The position numbers and the translations under genes were made by a program. From Candidatus Pacearchaeota archaeon (GTDB lineage: Archaea > Nanobdellota > Nanobdellia > Pacearchaeales > GW2011-AR1): a stretch of DNA of 64,000 nt. The notes under the pieces are model-generated. The model saw only the letters and a program-made list of their open reading frames with translations. It had not been told where the DNA came from and made no database searches. The DNA is taken from contig JAGVWT010000003.1 of assembly GCA_018304175.1 (NCBI GenBank), positions 33,982 through 97,981 of the forward strand. The letters are read 5' to 3'. Shown one piece after another: positions 1-9,601 of this stretch; the stretch's first letter is position 1, and each line of letters opens with the position of its first letter.

Positions 1-56
1 AACAGTTTTTCTTTTGTGTTCAAGTATCCGTGAATTTCCAAGCCTATTTTAGCCAT
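1..56 (-). CDS. gatB: Asp/Glu-tRNA amidotransferase subunit B (GatB), N-terminal 18 codons; gene runs off the window edge
   Basis: Minus-strand translation from ATG at 56 gives MAKIGLEIHGYLNTKEKL, the conserved GatB/GatE N-terminus (IGLEIH.QL.T..KLF). gatE is already present at 2305, so this is more likely gatB. Confidence 0.5.
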   Translation of the reverse strand, partial: MAKIGLEIHGYLNTKEKL

Positions 57-135
57 TTGAAAACAACCTGCTGGTTTTTTTCGATTTTCCTCAAAGCACT
101 GAACAGCGATTTCAAACTGCCTCCGAGGAAATCGC
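57..135 (-). repeat. R1 repeat copy A: 8-bp-stem hairpin (gcgatttc/gaaatcgc) plus conserved tail, ending 1-2 nt before the gatB ATG
   Basis: The reverse complement matches 36637-36707 almost exactly in the stem and the 40-nt tail (tttgaggaaaatcgaaaaaaaccagcaggtt). Confidence 0.7.
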
Positions 136-210
136 AATTTTATAAAATAAAATCAGTTTATTAAATTGTTGTTTGAGTACCACCATAAAATTTTTAAACC
201 TGCTCCTGTT

Positions 211-546
211 ATGAAAAAAATGGGATACCGATTCTTTGCATATAGGAGCAATCTTACTTTTAAAGATAGTAATAAACCATTATTTGGATATTTGCTGGCA
301 AAAGATAAAAAATCATTTGGAGATGTTCTCGATAATATGTCAGTTAATGATGTTAATTGTATTTCTAGAATTGTTGATCAAGCTAGTGAAAGTGCAAGGA
401 AAGGCGAATTACATGAAACTAAAATATCTTTAGATAAGCTGCTTGAATTGGCAAGAAGTAAAAATTTTGATGCAGATGAAGTTTACAAAGTCATATCCTT
501 AGAAGCATTCTATTATAATCAAAATCAGGCAATGTCAGTTCAATAA
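211..546 (+). CDS. hypothetical protein
   Basis: The ORF track starts at a TTG at 166; the first ATG is at 211. A TATA-like ttttataaaataaa lies at 139-152. No recognisable motifs. Confidence 0.4.
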   Translation: MKKMGYRFFAYRSNLTFKDSNKPLFGYLLAKDKKSFGDVLDNMSVNDVNCISRIVDQASESARKGELHETKISLDKLLELARSKNFDADEVYKVISLEAFYYNQNQAMSVQ

Positions 547-576
547 CTTTTTATATATGATTTGTTTTTTCTTTTG

Positions 577-1899
577 ATGAAAACTCAACAACTAGTACCA
601 AAGCCAGGAGACTATGTTGAAGTTCATTTAATCAAGAAAATTTATGAGGGAACTTTGCTTGAGTCGCCCAAAGATGATAAAGGAATTATCTTGCTAAAAC
701 TTGATTCTGGTTACAATATTGGTTTTAACAGAAAGGATATATTGGAAGTAAAACTTGTAAAGAAAGCTTTAAGCAAAAAAGAAGAAGTCGAAGTAAAAAC
801 TTCGAAAGAAAAGCCCAACATTGCTATGATTATTACAGGGGGAACAATTTCTGCGAGGATGAATCCGAGGAAAGGAGGTGTTGATTGGTTGGACAGTCCT
901 GAAAGTTTGTTTAAATTTTATCCGGAAATTTTTGATTTAGTGAACATTTCTAAAGTTGAAGTCCCATTCATGAAAGCTTCAGAAGACATGGATTTTAAAG
1001 ATTGGCAAAAACTTGCGAAAGTAACAGAGAGATTTTTGAACGATGGTAGTATTAAAGGTGTGATAATTACTCATGGAACAGATTTTCTGCACTACACAGC
1101 TGCCGCATTAAGTTTTTTTCTCGGAAATCTGAATAAACCCGTCGTTTTAACCTACAGCCAGCGCTCGATAGATCGTGCAAGTAGTGATGCTAATTTGAAT
1201 CTTCAATGCAGTGCTTTGGCTGCAATTTCAGATATTGCAGAAGTAATGCTTGTAGGGCATGCAACTAGCAATGATGATTTTTGTTATGCAATTCCTGGAA
1301 CAAAAGTAAGAAAAATGCACACATCTCGGAGAGATGCTTTCAAAGCTATAAACAGAAAACCTTTTGCGAAAATATTTCCAAATCAGATGGAAATTTTGAG
1401 TGATTTCAATAACAGAAATTCAGGCAAGAACAATAAAATAAAAATTGATGCTAAATTTGAGGAAAAAGTTGCATTAGTTAAATTTTACCCTGGGCAGGAA
1501 CCAGATATTTTAGATTATTACGTGAAGAAAAAATATAAAGGGATTGTTTTGGAGATGAGCGGATTAGGGCATGTTGCATCAAGTCGCGCACGACAAGGAA
1601 GATCATGGATAAAAAAACTCAGAAAAATTCAAAGTAAAGGAATTGTAGTTTGCGCGACGTCGCAAACAATTTATGGCAGAACTGATGCGTTAGTTTACTC
1701 AAACGGCAGGGAGATATTGAATACAGGAGTGATTTATCTTGAAGATATGCTTTCTGAAACAGCGCTTGTAAAATTATCTTGGGTTTTGGGACATAAAGAT
1801 TGGGCAAAAAACAAAGAAACTGTTAAAGAAAAAATGCTCCACAATTTTTCACATGAAATAAACAAAAGACTGGAATTTGAAAAAGATTTTAGCGAGTGA
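577..1899 (+). CDS. gatD: Glu-tRNA(Gln) amidotransferase subunit D (GatD, asparaginase-like)
   Basis: Asparaginase-domain motif IAMIITGGTI and HGTD; about 440 aa; immediately followed by gatE. The first ATG is at 577 (the track starts at a TTG at 562). Confidence 0.85.
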   Translation: MKTQQLVPKPGDYVEVHLIKKIYEGTLLESPKDDKGIILLKLDSGYNIGFNRKDILEVKLVKKALSKKEEVEVKTSKEKPNIAMIITGGTISARMNPRKGGVDWLDSPESLFKFYPEIFDLVNISKVEVPFMKASEDMDFKDWQKLAKVTERFLNDGSIKGVIITHGTDFLHYTAAALSFFLGNLNKPVVLTYSQRSIDRASSDANLNLQCSALAAISDIAEVMLVGHATSNDDFCYAIPGTKVRKMHTSRRDAFKAINRKPFAKIFPNQMEILSDFNNRNSGKNNKIKIDAKFEEKVALVKFYPGQEPDILDYYVKKKYKGIVLEMSGLGHVASSRARQGRSWIKKLRKIQSKGIVVCATSQTIYGRTDALVYSNGREILNTGVIYLEDMLSETALVKLSWVLGHKDWAKNKETVKEKMLHNFSHEINKRLEFEKDFSE

Positions 1900-1900
1900 A

Positions 1901-2242
1901 ATGGTTTTTGAAAATATCCTTGAGTTTACTCAAAAAATAGAGCCTGTTTGGACAATTATTTTAGTTCCAGTTTGGCAAGAACTTGTTTTTAGGTATTTGC
2001 CTTATAAATTTTGGTATTTGCCGTCGGGAAATATTTTATTAGTTGGAATTGTAAGCTCCATAGTTTTTGCTCTTATTCATTTGTATTTCGGCAAATGGTT
2101 TGTTTTGCTTGCTTTTTTTGCAGGGTTACTTTATTGGGTGATTATGGTAAAATTCGGGTTTATATACGCTATTTTAGCTCACTCTGCTATCAACATTATT
2201 GACTTATCATTTGGGATAAGATATTATGTAATGAACTTGTAG
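1901..2242 (+). CDS. CPBP-family intramembrane metalloprotease (CAAX protease/Abi-like), short
   Basis: All three CPBP motifs are present: QELVFRY (EExxxR-like), FALIHL (FxxxH) and HSAINI (HxxxN). Hydrophobic helices. Confidence 0.6.
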   Translation: MVFENILEFTQKIEPVWTIILVPVWQELVFRYLPYKFWYLPSGNILLVGIVSSIVFALIHLYFGKWFVLLAFFAGLLYWVIMVKFGFIYAILAHSAINIIDLSFGIRYYVMNL

Positions 2243-2304
2243 GTTTATTTCTGCCTAGTTTCTGGAATATTAAATTTAATAAACTGGTTTTTGCTTATTG
2301 TTAA

Positions 2305-3750
2305 ATGGAAATTGATTACAAAAAAATTGGTTTGAAATGCGGTTTGGAGATTCATCAACAGCTTAATACTAAGAAGCTTTTTTGTGATTGTCCGAGTGTT
2401 TTGAGAAATGAGGTGCATGATTTTTTTGTAAAAAGAAAACTTCATGCTGTTGCTGGAGAAAGCGGTGAGGTAGATGTTGCCGCGAAATATCAAACTTCTC
2501 TTGAGAAACAATTTATTTATGAAGGCTATAAAGATACAACATGCTTAGTTGAACTTGACGAGTCACCTCCGAAGGAAATAAATTCTAAAGCATTAGGAAT
2601 AGTATTACAGATTTCTTTGTTACTCAATGCGAAAATTTTTCCTGTTACACAAATAATGAGAAAAACGGTCGTTGATGGTTCAAACACTTCGGGGTTTCAG
2701 AGAACTGTTTTGATTGCTCACGACGGTTTCATAGAAACTCGGGAAGGAAAAATTGGTATTGATTCTATTTGTCTGGAAGAAGATTCCGCTAGAAAAATAT
2801 CTGAAACTGAGAATGGCTTGACTTACAGATTGGACAGGTTAGGGGTTCCTCTTGTTGAAATAGCAACTTCTGCAGAAATAAAATCACCAACACAGGCGAG
2901 AGAAGTTGCTTTGCATATCGGAAAAATTCTTCGAAGTTGTAATGTTAAAAGAGGAATTGGCACAATAAGGCAAGATGTAAATGTTTCTGTAAAAAAAGGG
3001 AGCAGGGTTGAAATAAAAGGTGTCCAGGATTTGAAGCTTATTGACAAGGCAGTTGAAAAGGAAGCCATAAGACAATCTAGTCTTATCAAACAAAACAAAA
3101 ATGTAATATCAGAAGTCAGAAAAGCCTTGCTTAACGGTGAGACAGAGTTTTTGAGACCAATGCCGGGAAGTGCAAGAATGTATCCTGAGACAGATTTACC
3201 TTTGTTGAAAATATCAAGAGATTTGATAAATGAAGTAAAGAAAACCTTACCTCGCTTGAGAGATGAAACTGAAAGAGAATTACAAGACACCGGATTGAAT
3301 TCAGAGATGATTAGGCTCTTATTTAAACGTAATAAAATAGATGAATTTAAAGAATTGCAGAAAACTCTTGATAACCCAAAACTTATAGCAAATATTCTTT
3401 TAGTTTACCCAAAAGAAATATCTAGTCATAGAAAAATTCCTCAAAAAAGAGTAGAAGAAATTCTAAATATTGATATTACAGAGTCTATTTTGAAAAACTT
3501 AAAGCAAAACAAAATTTCTGAGTCTCATGTGAAGCACGTTCTTGAAGAAATAGCTTCGGGAAAATCTATTGAAGAAGCGATTAAGCTGGAAACAGAAGAT
3601 GAAAATATTCTGGAAGAAAAAATTTTTAAGATAGTAAAAGAAAAACCAGGGCTTTCACATCACGCGTATATGGGAATTATTATGAAAGAGCTTAAAGGCA
3701 AGGTTTCAGGCAAAGAGGCAATGGAAATTATTAAAAAGTATGTTCAATAA
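2305..3750 (+). CDS. gatE: Glu-tRNA(Gln) amidotransferase subunit E (GatE)
   Basis: N-terminus KIGLKCGLEIHQQLNTKKLFCDC (GatB/E-fold signature); located directly after gatD. Confidence 0.85.
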   Translation: MEIDYKKIGLKCGLEIHQQLNTKKLFCDCPSVLRNEVHDFFVKRKLHAVAGESGEVDVAAKYQTSLEKQFIYEGYKDTTCLVELDESPPKEINSKALGIVLQISLLLNAKIFPVTQIMRKTVVDGSNTSGFQRTVLIAHDGFIETREGKIGIDSICLEEDSARKISETENGLTYRLDRLGVPLVEIATSAEIKSPTQAREVALHIGKILRSCNVKRGIGTIRQDVNVSVKKGSRVEIKGVQDLKLIDKAVEKEAIRQSSLIKQNKNVISEVRKALLNGETEFLRPMPGSARMYPETDLPLLKISRDLINEVKKTLPRLRDETERELQDTGLNSEMIRLLFKRNKIDEFKELQKTLDNPKLIANILLVYPKEISSHRKIPQKRVEEILNIDITESILKNLKQNKISESHVKHVLEEIASGKSIEEAIKLETEDENILEEKIFKIVKEKPGLSHHAYMGIIMKELKGKVSGKEAMEIIKKYVQ

Positions 3751-3758
3751 ATTTTATC

Positions 3759-5075
3759 ATGAAAAACCCAGAGTTAAAAAAACTAAATGAAAATAGAATT
3801 CTTGCTGAAGATGTTTTTAATGGTAAAGAAAAATATGCAGAAGTTTCAGGATGGGTTCATAATTCTAGAGAGCTTGGAAAAATAAGGTTCATAATCCTTA
3901 GAGATTTTTCAGGAGTTATCCAAATTACAGCTGTCAAAGGAAAAGTTACTGAAGAGATTTTTGACTTGATGAACAAATTAACAAGGGAGTCTGTAGTTTC
4001 AGTTAAGGGAAAAGTTGTTGATTCAAAACAAGCGCCTGGAGGAAAAGAGATTATTCCTGATGAAATTATCATTTTGAATTCCGCAGAAGACTTGCCGATT
4101 GACATCCCGTTTGACCCAAGCGGTGAGACAAAAACAGAATTACCTAAAAGACTTGATTACAGGTTTTTGGATTTTCACAGAAGAAAAATCCAGACAATTT
4201 TTAAAATTCAAACTACAATTGCGACGGCATTCAGGGAGTTTTTTCAAAATAAAAATTATATAGAGATGCAACCACCTTGCATCATTGGTTCTGCCAGCGA
4301 AGGAGGAACCGATTTGTTTGAAGTAAAATATTTTGACAAGAAAGCGTATTTAGCCCAAAGCCCTCAATTGTACAAGCAAATGATCGCATGTAGTATGGAA
4401 AAAACTTTTATGATAACACCTGTATGGCGTGCAGAAAAACATAACACAACGAGACACATAAACGAAATAAGGCAAATGGATATTGAAGTTGCATTTGCAG
4501 GGCAATTTGAAGTGATGAAAGAATTGGAAGAAGTTGTGAAGTTTATTGCTAAAAATGTGATTGAAAAAAACAAAAAAGAATTAGAAATGCTTGGCGTGAA
4601 ACTAAAAATCCCAAAAGCCGTTTATTTGAGTTACGAAGAAGCTATAAAAAAAGTTAATGGAAAACCTGGAGAGGATTTTACGCCTGAGCAAGAAAGAAAA
4701 CTTTGTGAAAAGTATGAAGGAGACATTGTTTTTGTGCATTCATGGCCATCTTCACTGAAGCCTTTTTATATTATGCCTCAAAACGAAAATAAAAATTCAG
4801 ATTTTAGCGAGGGTTTTGATGCTCTTTATGGAGGTATGGAAATTTCTTCTGGCGGACAGAGGATTCATCTCCCTGAATTGTTGATTGAAAGAATAAAATC
4901 AAAAAAACTAAATCCTAAAAATTTTAAAGATTATATTGATTCATTCCGTTACGGAGCTCCACCTCATGCAGGTTGGAGCTTGGGTTTGGAAAGACTAACT
5001 CAAGTAATTTGTAGCTTAAACAACATCAAAGAAGCTACGATGTTCCCGCGAGATAAAGATAGATTGAATCCTTAA
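3759..5075 (+). CDS. aspS: aspartyl-tRNA synthetase, archaeal type (likely non-discriminating)
   Basis: Class II motifs FRAEKHNTTRH, GGMEISSGGQRIH and GAPPHAGWSLGLERL; N-terminal OB anticodon-binding domain; 438 aa. Confidence 0.9.
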   Translation: MKNPELKKLNENRILAEDVFNGKEKYAEVSGWVHNSRELGKIRFIILRDFSGVIQITAVKGKVTEEIFDLMNKLTRESVVSVKGKVVDSKQAPGGKEIIPDEIIILNSAEDLPIDIPFDPSGETKTELPKRLDYRFLDFHRRKIQTIFKIQTTIATAFREFFQNKNYIEMQPPCIIGSASEGGTDLFEVKYFDKKAYLAQSPQLYKQMIACSMEKTFMITPVWRAEKHNTTRHINEIRQMDIEVAFAGQFEVMKELEEVVKFIAKNVIEKNKKELEMLGVKLKIPKAVYLSYEEAIKKVNGKPGEDFTPEQERKLCEKYEGDIVFVHSWPSSLKPFYIMPQNENKNSDFSEGFDALYGGMEISSGGQRIHLPELLIERIKSKKLNPKNFKDYIDSFRYGAPPHAGWSLGLERLTQVICSLNNIKEATMFPRDKDRLNP

Positions 5076-5076
5076 C

Positions 5077-5466
5077 ATGACAGATTTTTTATTTCATAAA
5101 GTTTCCGACGAAGAAAAAGCTGAAATTCAAAGACAGGCGAAAGAGATAATGGACAAATTTTCTGAAAGAATGTCTAAAGTAAAAGCAAAAATTTCAGAGT
5201 CACTTATTGAAAGAAAAGATTTTGAACGAGAAGAGAAAAAGGATATTGCTAATGCTTTTCCACCCAACTCGCGCCCTGACTTTGCTATAAATAACAAAAT
5301 TGCTAAAGTCAAAACACTCGCCCACCCTGAAAAAAATAGTCATTTAAAAGAAAGAAACCAAGCCATTCACTTAAAAGAAAAAGAAGATTTCAGGAGAAGA
5401 ATTCTAGAAAATGCTCCAAATAAAAACAAGGATTTTATCATCGCTGAGAAAAAATCCTGGAAATAA
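5077..5466 (+). CDS. small charged protein in the gatC position (possible GatC-like subunit); otherwise hypothetical
   Basis: Sits between aspS and gatA with a 1-nt gap from aspS and a stop 1 nt before the gatA ATG. Highly charged and helical, with no convincing GatC motif. Confidence 0.3.
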   Translation: MTDFLFHKVSDEEKAEIQRQAKEIMDKFSERMSKVKAKISESLIERKDFEREEKKDIANAFPPNSRPDFAINNKIAKVKTLAHPEKNSHLKERNQAIHLKEKEDFRRRILENAPNKNKDFIIAEKKSWK

Positions 5467-5467
5467 A

Positions 5468-6784
5468 ATGACAACTTTACAAAATCTTCAGAAATATCTT
5501 GATAAAATAAGAAGAGAAGACAAAAAAATAAATGCATTTTTGCAGTTGAGGGACGAAGAAGAGCTTATTGAAGAAGCGAAAAAAATTGATGAGAAAATTT
5601 CTAAAAAATCCGCTGGTAAATTAGCTGGAAAAGTAATTGCAGTTAAAGCCAATATTAATGTTAAAGGTTTAAACATCAGTTGTGCTTCGAAGACCTTGGA
5701 GAATTATAAAGGAACTTATGATGCTTCTGTTATCAAAAAAATAAAAGAAGAAGATGGATTAATTATTGGAATTACAAATATGGACGAGTTTGCTTGTGGA
5801 AGCAGTGGAGAAAATTCTGCCTTCGGACCGACGAGAAATCCAATTAATAATCAATTAATTACTGGGGGAAGCAGTAGCGGAAGTGCGGCTGCTGTAAGTG
5901 CAGGATTCTGCGACTTCACTCTTGGTTCTGATACAGGGGGAAGTATAAGAAACCCTGCAAGCCATTGTGGTGTAGTTGGAGTCAAGCCGAGTTACGGTTC
6001 TGTTAGCAGGTATGGTTTGATTGATTTATCAATGAGTTTAGATCAGATTGGTCCTTTTGCAAAAAATGTTGAAGACGCAGCGATTTTGCTTGATGTTATT
6101 TATGGAAAAGATGAGTATGATTCAATATCAGAAAGCGGAAAGATTAATCTAAAAGAAATAGAAAAAACCCCCAAAAATCTCACAATTGGAGTTGTGAATT
6201 TTAAAATTCAAGACAAAAGAATTCAGGAAATTGTTGACAGGAAGATACAAGAAGCAGTAAAAAAATATAAATGGGATGTTAAAAAAATAAATATGAAATA
6301 TGTCGACTTGATGGTTGAGACTTATTATCCTCTGGTTTACGTTGAATTTTTTTCAGGAACAAGGAAGTTTGATGGAAGGCGCTATGGAATGAAAATTGAA
6401 AATAGTGCAGGAGTTGAAGTTTTACGAAGAATTCTCGGAGGAAGCGAAATAACAAAAGCAGAGCATCATGGAAGATATTATAATAAATCATTGAAAGTTC
6501 GTAAACTCGTAACAGAAGAATTTACAAAAGCATTTAAGAAAGTTGATTGTATTATTATTCCAACAGTTCCAAAATTACCTCATAAAATCGGAGAGAAGAT
6601 TACCGTCGAGGAAATGTATTCTTACGACACTTTAACTATTCCCTCAAATTTGACAGGAAATTGTTCATTAAGCATTCCTGCCGGCAAAATTCAAGGAATT
6701 CCTGTTGGAATGCAGATAATCTGCGATAAATTTCAAGATACTAAGATGTTGCAGATTGCGCGAAGTTTTGAAAAGCTTAGTTGA
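5468..6784 (+). CDS. gatA: amidotransferase subunit A (GatA, amidase family)
   Basis: Amidase signature GGSSSGSAAAVSAG...GSDTGGSIR. The N-terminus MTTLQNLQ from ATG 5468 is typical of GatA; the track's 5411 start overlaps the previous ORF. Confidence 0.9.
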   Translation: MTTLQNLQKYLDKIRREDKKINAFLQLRDEEELIEEAKKIDEKISKKSAGKLAGKVIAVKANINVKGLNISCASKTLENYKGTYDASVIKKIKEEDGLIIGITNMDEFACGSSGENSAFGPTRNPINNQLITGGSSSGSAAAVSAGFCDFTLGSDTGGSIRNPASHCGVVGVKPSYGSVSRYGLIDLSMSLDQIGPFAKNVEDAAILLDVIYGKDEYDSISESGKINLKEIEKTPKNLTIGVVNFKIQDKRIQEIVDRKIQEAVKKYKWDVKKINMKYVDLMVETYYPLVYVEFFSGTRKFDGRRYGMKIENSAGVEVLRRILGGSEITKAEHHGRYYNKSLKVRKLVTEEFTKAFKKVDCIIIPTVPKLPHKIGEKITVEEMYSYDTLTIPSNLTGNCSLSIPAGKIQGIPVGMQIICDKFQDTKMLQIARSFEKLS

Positions 6785-6982
6785 TAATTCTCTCGTCGTT
6801 GCTCAATTACTTTCAATTTCCCCCTCATAAAATTATTAATACCAAAACAAAATTTACATTAACACTATCTCACCCACCATAAAAGCGAACGCAATGGGTG
6901 ATGAGATTTTAAACAGAGATTAATTGTTAGACAAAGCCTTAATCATCAAAAGTCTTTAAAACACTGGAATTTTCTTGCTTTT

Positions 6983-7648
6983 ATGAAAGTTGGTGATACA
7001 GAAATAAAGTGGTTGGGGCACGCTGGTTTTATGATTAAGAATTCGCATGTGATTTACATTGACCCTTATAATATAAAAGACAGGACTGAAAAAGCTGATT
7101 TGATTTTGCTGACTCATAGCCATTACGATCATTGCAGCATCGCAGATATAGAAAAAGTTGTGAAAGAGGGAACGAAAATAATTCTTCCTGCTGATTGCCA
7201 GAGTAAACTTGCGAGAATAAAAACACCGATAAAGATGGAGATTATTCAACCATCGCAGGAGTTTGTTTTTAAAAATGTGAGAATTACGACGCTGCCGGCA
7301 TATAATATTGACAAACCGTTTCATCCGAAAGAAGAAGCTTGGGTGGGGTATTTAATTAAGATGAACGATGTTTTAATTTATCATGCAGGCGATACTGATT
7401 TGATTCCTGAAATGCAAACACTCACAGGATTTAGACATGAAGGTCAGAAACTTGTTGCCTTGCTCCCTGTTGGGGGAAGGTTCACGATGAATGCAGAAGA
7501 AGCTGCAGAATCTGCGAAGTTGATAAAACCATTTATTGCAATTCCTATGCATTATGGAACAATCGTCGGAACAGAAGAAGACGCAAAAGAATTCAAAACT
7601 CTTTGTAGCGAGGAAAATCTCAACGCAGAAATTATGGAAAAAGAATGA
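6983..7648 (+). CDS. MBL-fold metallo-hydrolase
   Basis: HSHYDHCS (HxHxDH) metal-binding motif. Confidence 0.75.
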   Translation: MKVGDTEIKWLGHAGFMIKNSHVIYIDPYNIKDRTEKADLILLTHSHYDHCSIADIEKVVKEGTKIILPADCQSKLARIKTPIKMEIIQPSQEFVFKNVRITTLPAYNIDKPFHPKEEAWVGYLIKMNDVLIYHAGDTDLIPEMQTLTGFRHEGQKLVALLPVGGRFTMNAEEAAESAKLIKPFIAIPMHYGTIVGTEEDAKEFKTLCSEENLNAEIMEKE

Positions 7649-7698
7649 TATTATTTTCAAATATAAATCTATAAAAAGGATAAATCTTTTTGAATTAA

Positions 7699-8121
7699 AT
7701 GAATAAGATAGAATTGGTTTTGTTTGGTTCTATAGCTCTTTTGAGTGCTGGTATTGGATTTAAAACTGGATATCAAATGCACGAAAATACGGTGAAGCCA
7801 GCAAACTTAGAAGACAATCTTGTAACAGAAAGAAATCCTAATTCTCCTGTTTTTGAATTTCATGGTGTAAAAAATGTTGGGTTTAAAGATAATTTAGCTC
7901 CAGGAATGAAAGCATATGTTAGATATGAAAGCAGGTTAACTCAGCTAGAAGCATATTATGTTAACCAAGAAAGATCTGAGTTTAGAATGCCTGATGAAGT
8001 ATTTAACGGAAGTGAAAATTATTTTTTTATTTATGCTAAAGACAGGGATGGAAATTTTTCTGAGACAAAAAGGTTGTATGTTTTAGATGGTGTTGTTATT
8101 GATTCACTATCAGGAAGCTAA
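7699..8121 (+). CDS. hypothetical membrane-anchored/secreted protein
   Basis: N-terminal hydrophobic segment LVLFGSIALLSAGIGF. Confidence 0.4.
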   Translation: MNKIELVLFGSIALLSAGIGFKTGYQMHENTVKPANLEDNLVTERNPNSPVFEFHGVKNVGFKDNLAPGMKAYVRYESRLTQLEAYYVNQERSEFRMPDEVFNGSENYFFIYAKDRDGNFSETKRLYVLDGVVIDSLSGS

Positions 8122-8313
8122 TTTTTTAGTCCACAAAAATATTTTTAATCACTTAACACTCAAAAAAATATTTTCCTAGAGTATAGAAATATTTTTAAAG
8201 AACAAGTTCTTCAGTTTTTTATTACATTAGTTTATTCAATTGGGGGATTGAATAAATTAATCTTTGTATTGTCTGAATTCTATTTTAATAGTGTTAAGTA
8301 TGACACATATATA

Positions 8314-8332
8314 AATCTTTCGACGAAAGATT
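8314..8332. promoter_or_regulatory. 19-bp perfect palindrome (aatctttcg a cgaaagatt) abutting a TATA-like box upstream of ftsZ; putative operator
   Basis: Perfect inverted repeat with 9-bp arms, centred about 46 bp upstream of the ftsZ ATG. atatataaat lies at 8307-8316 and ggaggt (SD) at 8351-8356. Confidence 0.5.
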
Positions 8333-8368
8333 TTTTGGAAACAACTGAAAGGAGGTTAATGAAAAAAC

Positions 8369-9448
8369 ATGGTATTAGATTTTGCGAAAGAAGCTATACA
8401 GAATACAGCAACACATAGCATTAACTTTGATGAGTTGAAAGCTGGAAAGGCTAACATCAAGGTTGTTGGTTGTGGAGGAATGGGTGGCAATGCAGTCACA
8501 TGGCTTTATAATAAAGGAATAAACGGCGCAACTGTTTACGCAATAAATACTGATGCTCTTCACTTAAGTGTTACAAAGGCTGATGACAAAATCCTAATCG
8601 GAAAGGAATTAACTCGTGGTCTTGGAGCTGGTGGAAAGCCTCAGGTTGGAAGAGAAGCTACAAAAGAAACTATGGCTGAAATCAAAAAGATGGTTTCTGG
8701 TGCAGATATGGTTTGGGTTGTTGCAGGACTTGGAGGAGGAACAGGAACAGGCTCTGCTCCAGTTGTTGCTCAGATAGCAAAAGAATCAGGTGCTGTAGTC
8801 ATAGGTATTGTAACAATGCCTTTCGAGGCTGAAAAAGCAAGAATTGACAAGGCAGAATTTGGGCTTCAAGAATTGAGAGACCAAACAGACACTTGCATTG
8901 TTCTTGACAACAACAGACTTGTTGACATCGCAGGCCAATTGCCAATTGAGCAGGCATTCGCTGTTGCAAACGAACTTATCTCTACAATGATTAAAGGAAT
9001 TGTTGAGACAATTACATTGCCAAGTTTGATTAACTTGGATTATGCAGACGTTTCAGCAATAATGAAAGGTGGAGGAGTTGCTGTTATTGGAATCGGGGAA
9101 GCTGACACAACAGATAGAGTTAACGAAGCTGTAAAACAGGCTTTGACTCATCCTTTGCTTGATGTTGATTATAGAGGTGCAGATGGAGCTTTAATCCACG
9201 TTACTTGCGGTCCTGATATGAAGCTTGAAGAATTTGAGGCTGTCGGAAGATTAGTCTCTGAAAATTTAAGCCAGGATGCGAATGTTATCATCGGAGCAAG
9301 AATCAACAAAGAATTTCAAGGAAGAGTAAGGGTTATAACAATCATGACTGGTGTGAAGAGTCCATACATAATGGGTAGAGCAACAGAAGACAAAGCATTC
9401 CCTGTATCAAAAGAAATCTCTGATCTTGGTATAGAGGTCTGGAGATAA
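8369..9448 (+). CDS. ftsZ: cell division GTPase FtsZ
   Basis: Tubulin/FtsZ signature GGGTGTGSAPVVA; T7 loop region; 359 aa. Confidence 0.95.
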   Translation: MVLDFAKEAIQNTATHSINFDELKAGKANIKVVGCGGMGGNAVTWLYNKGINGATVYAINTDALHLSVTKADDKILIGKELTRGLGAGGKPQVGREATKETMAEIKKMVSGADMVWVVAGLGGGTGTGSAPVVAQIAKESGAVVIGIVTMPFEAEKARIDKAEFGLQELRDQTDTCIVLDNNRLVDIAGQLPIEQAFAVANELISTMIKGIVETITLPSLINLDYADVSAIMKGGGVAVIGIGEADTTDRVNEAVKQALTHPLLDVDYRGADGALIHVTCGPDMKLEEFEAVGRLVSENLSQDANVIIGARINKEFQGRVRVITIMTGVKSPYIMGRATEDKAFPVSKEISDLGIEVWR

Positions 9449-9601
9449 ATTCATTTTTCTGAAGCCGTCCAATTTTGGCCGGCTTTCTTATTATTTTTAT
9501 TTTTAGAACTATTTGGAAATCTGAAAAAATTCTCTTCGCCATGCTCAGTTATTTTTATAATAGATGGTTAGAGATGATTAAGCTGTCTTGTGTAAACTAA
9601 A

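Noticed and set aside
2823-3290. Antisense ORFs inside gatE (and similar ones inside mcm 20345-20824, topA 43152-43415, Lhr 56657-58240 and RNR 52458-54299)
   Set aside because: They lie opposite well-supported long genes, have low-complexity composition, and are typical AT-rich antisense frames.
5411-5467. ORF-track start of gatA at 5411, overlapping the preceding ORF by 56 nt
   Set aside because: The canonical GatA N-terminus begins at the ATG at 5468, immediately after the upstream stop. The longer start is a track artefact.
6890-6960. Possible C/D-box sRNA (gtgatga C-box) in the gatA-MBL spacer
   Set aside because: No downstream D box (CUGA) at the appropriate distance, and no terminal stem.
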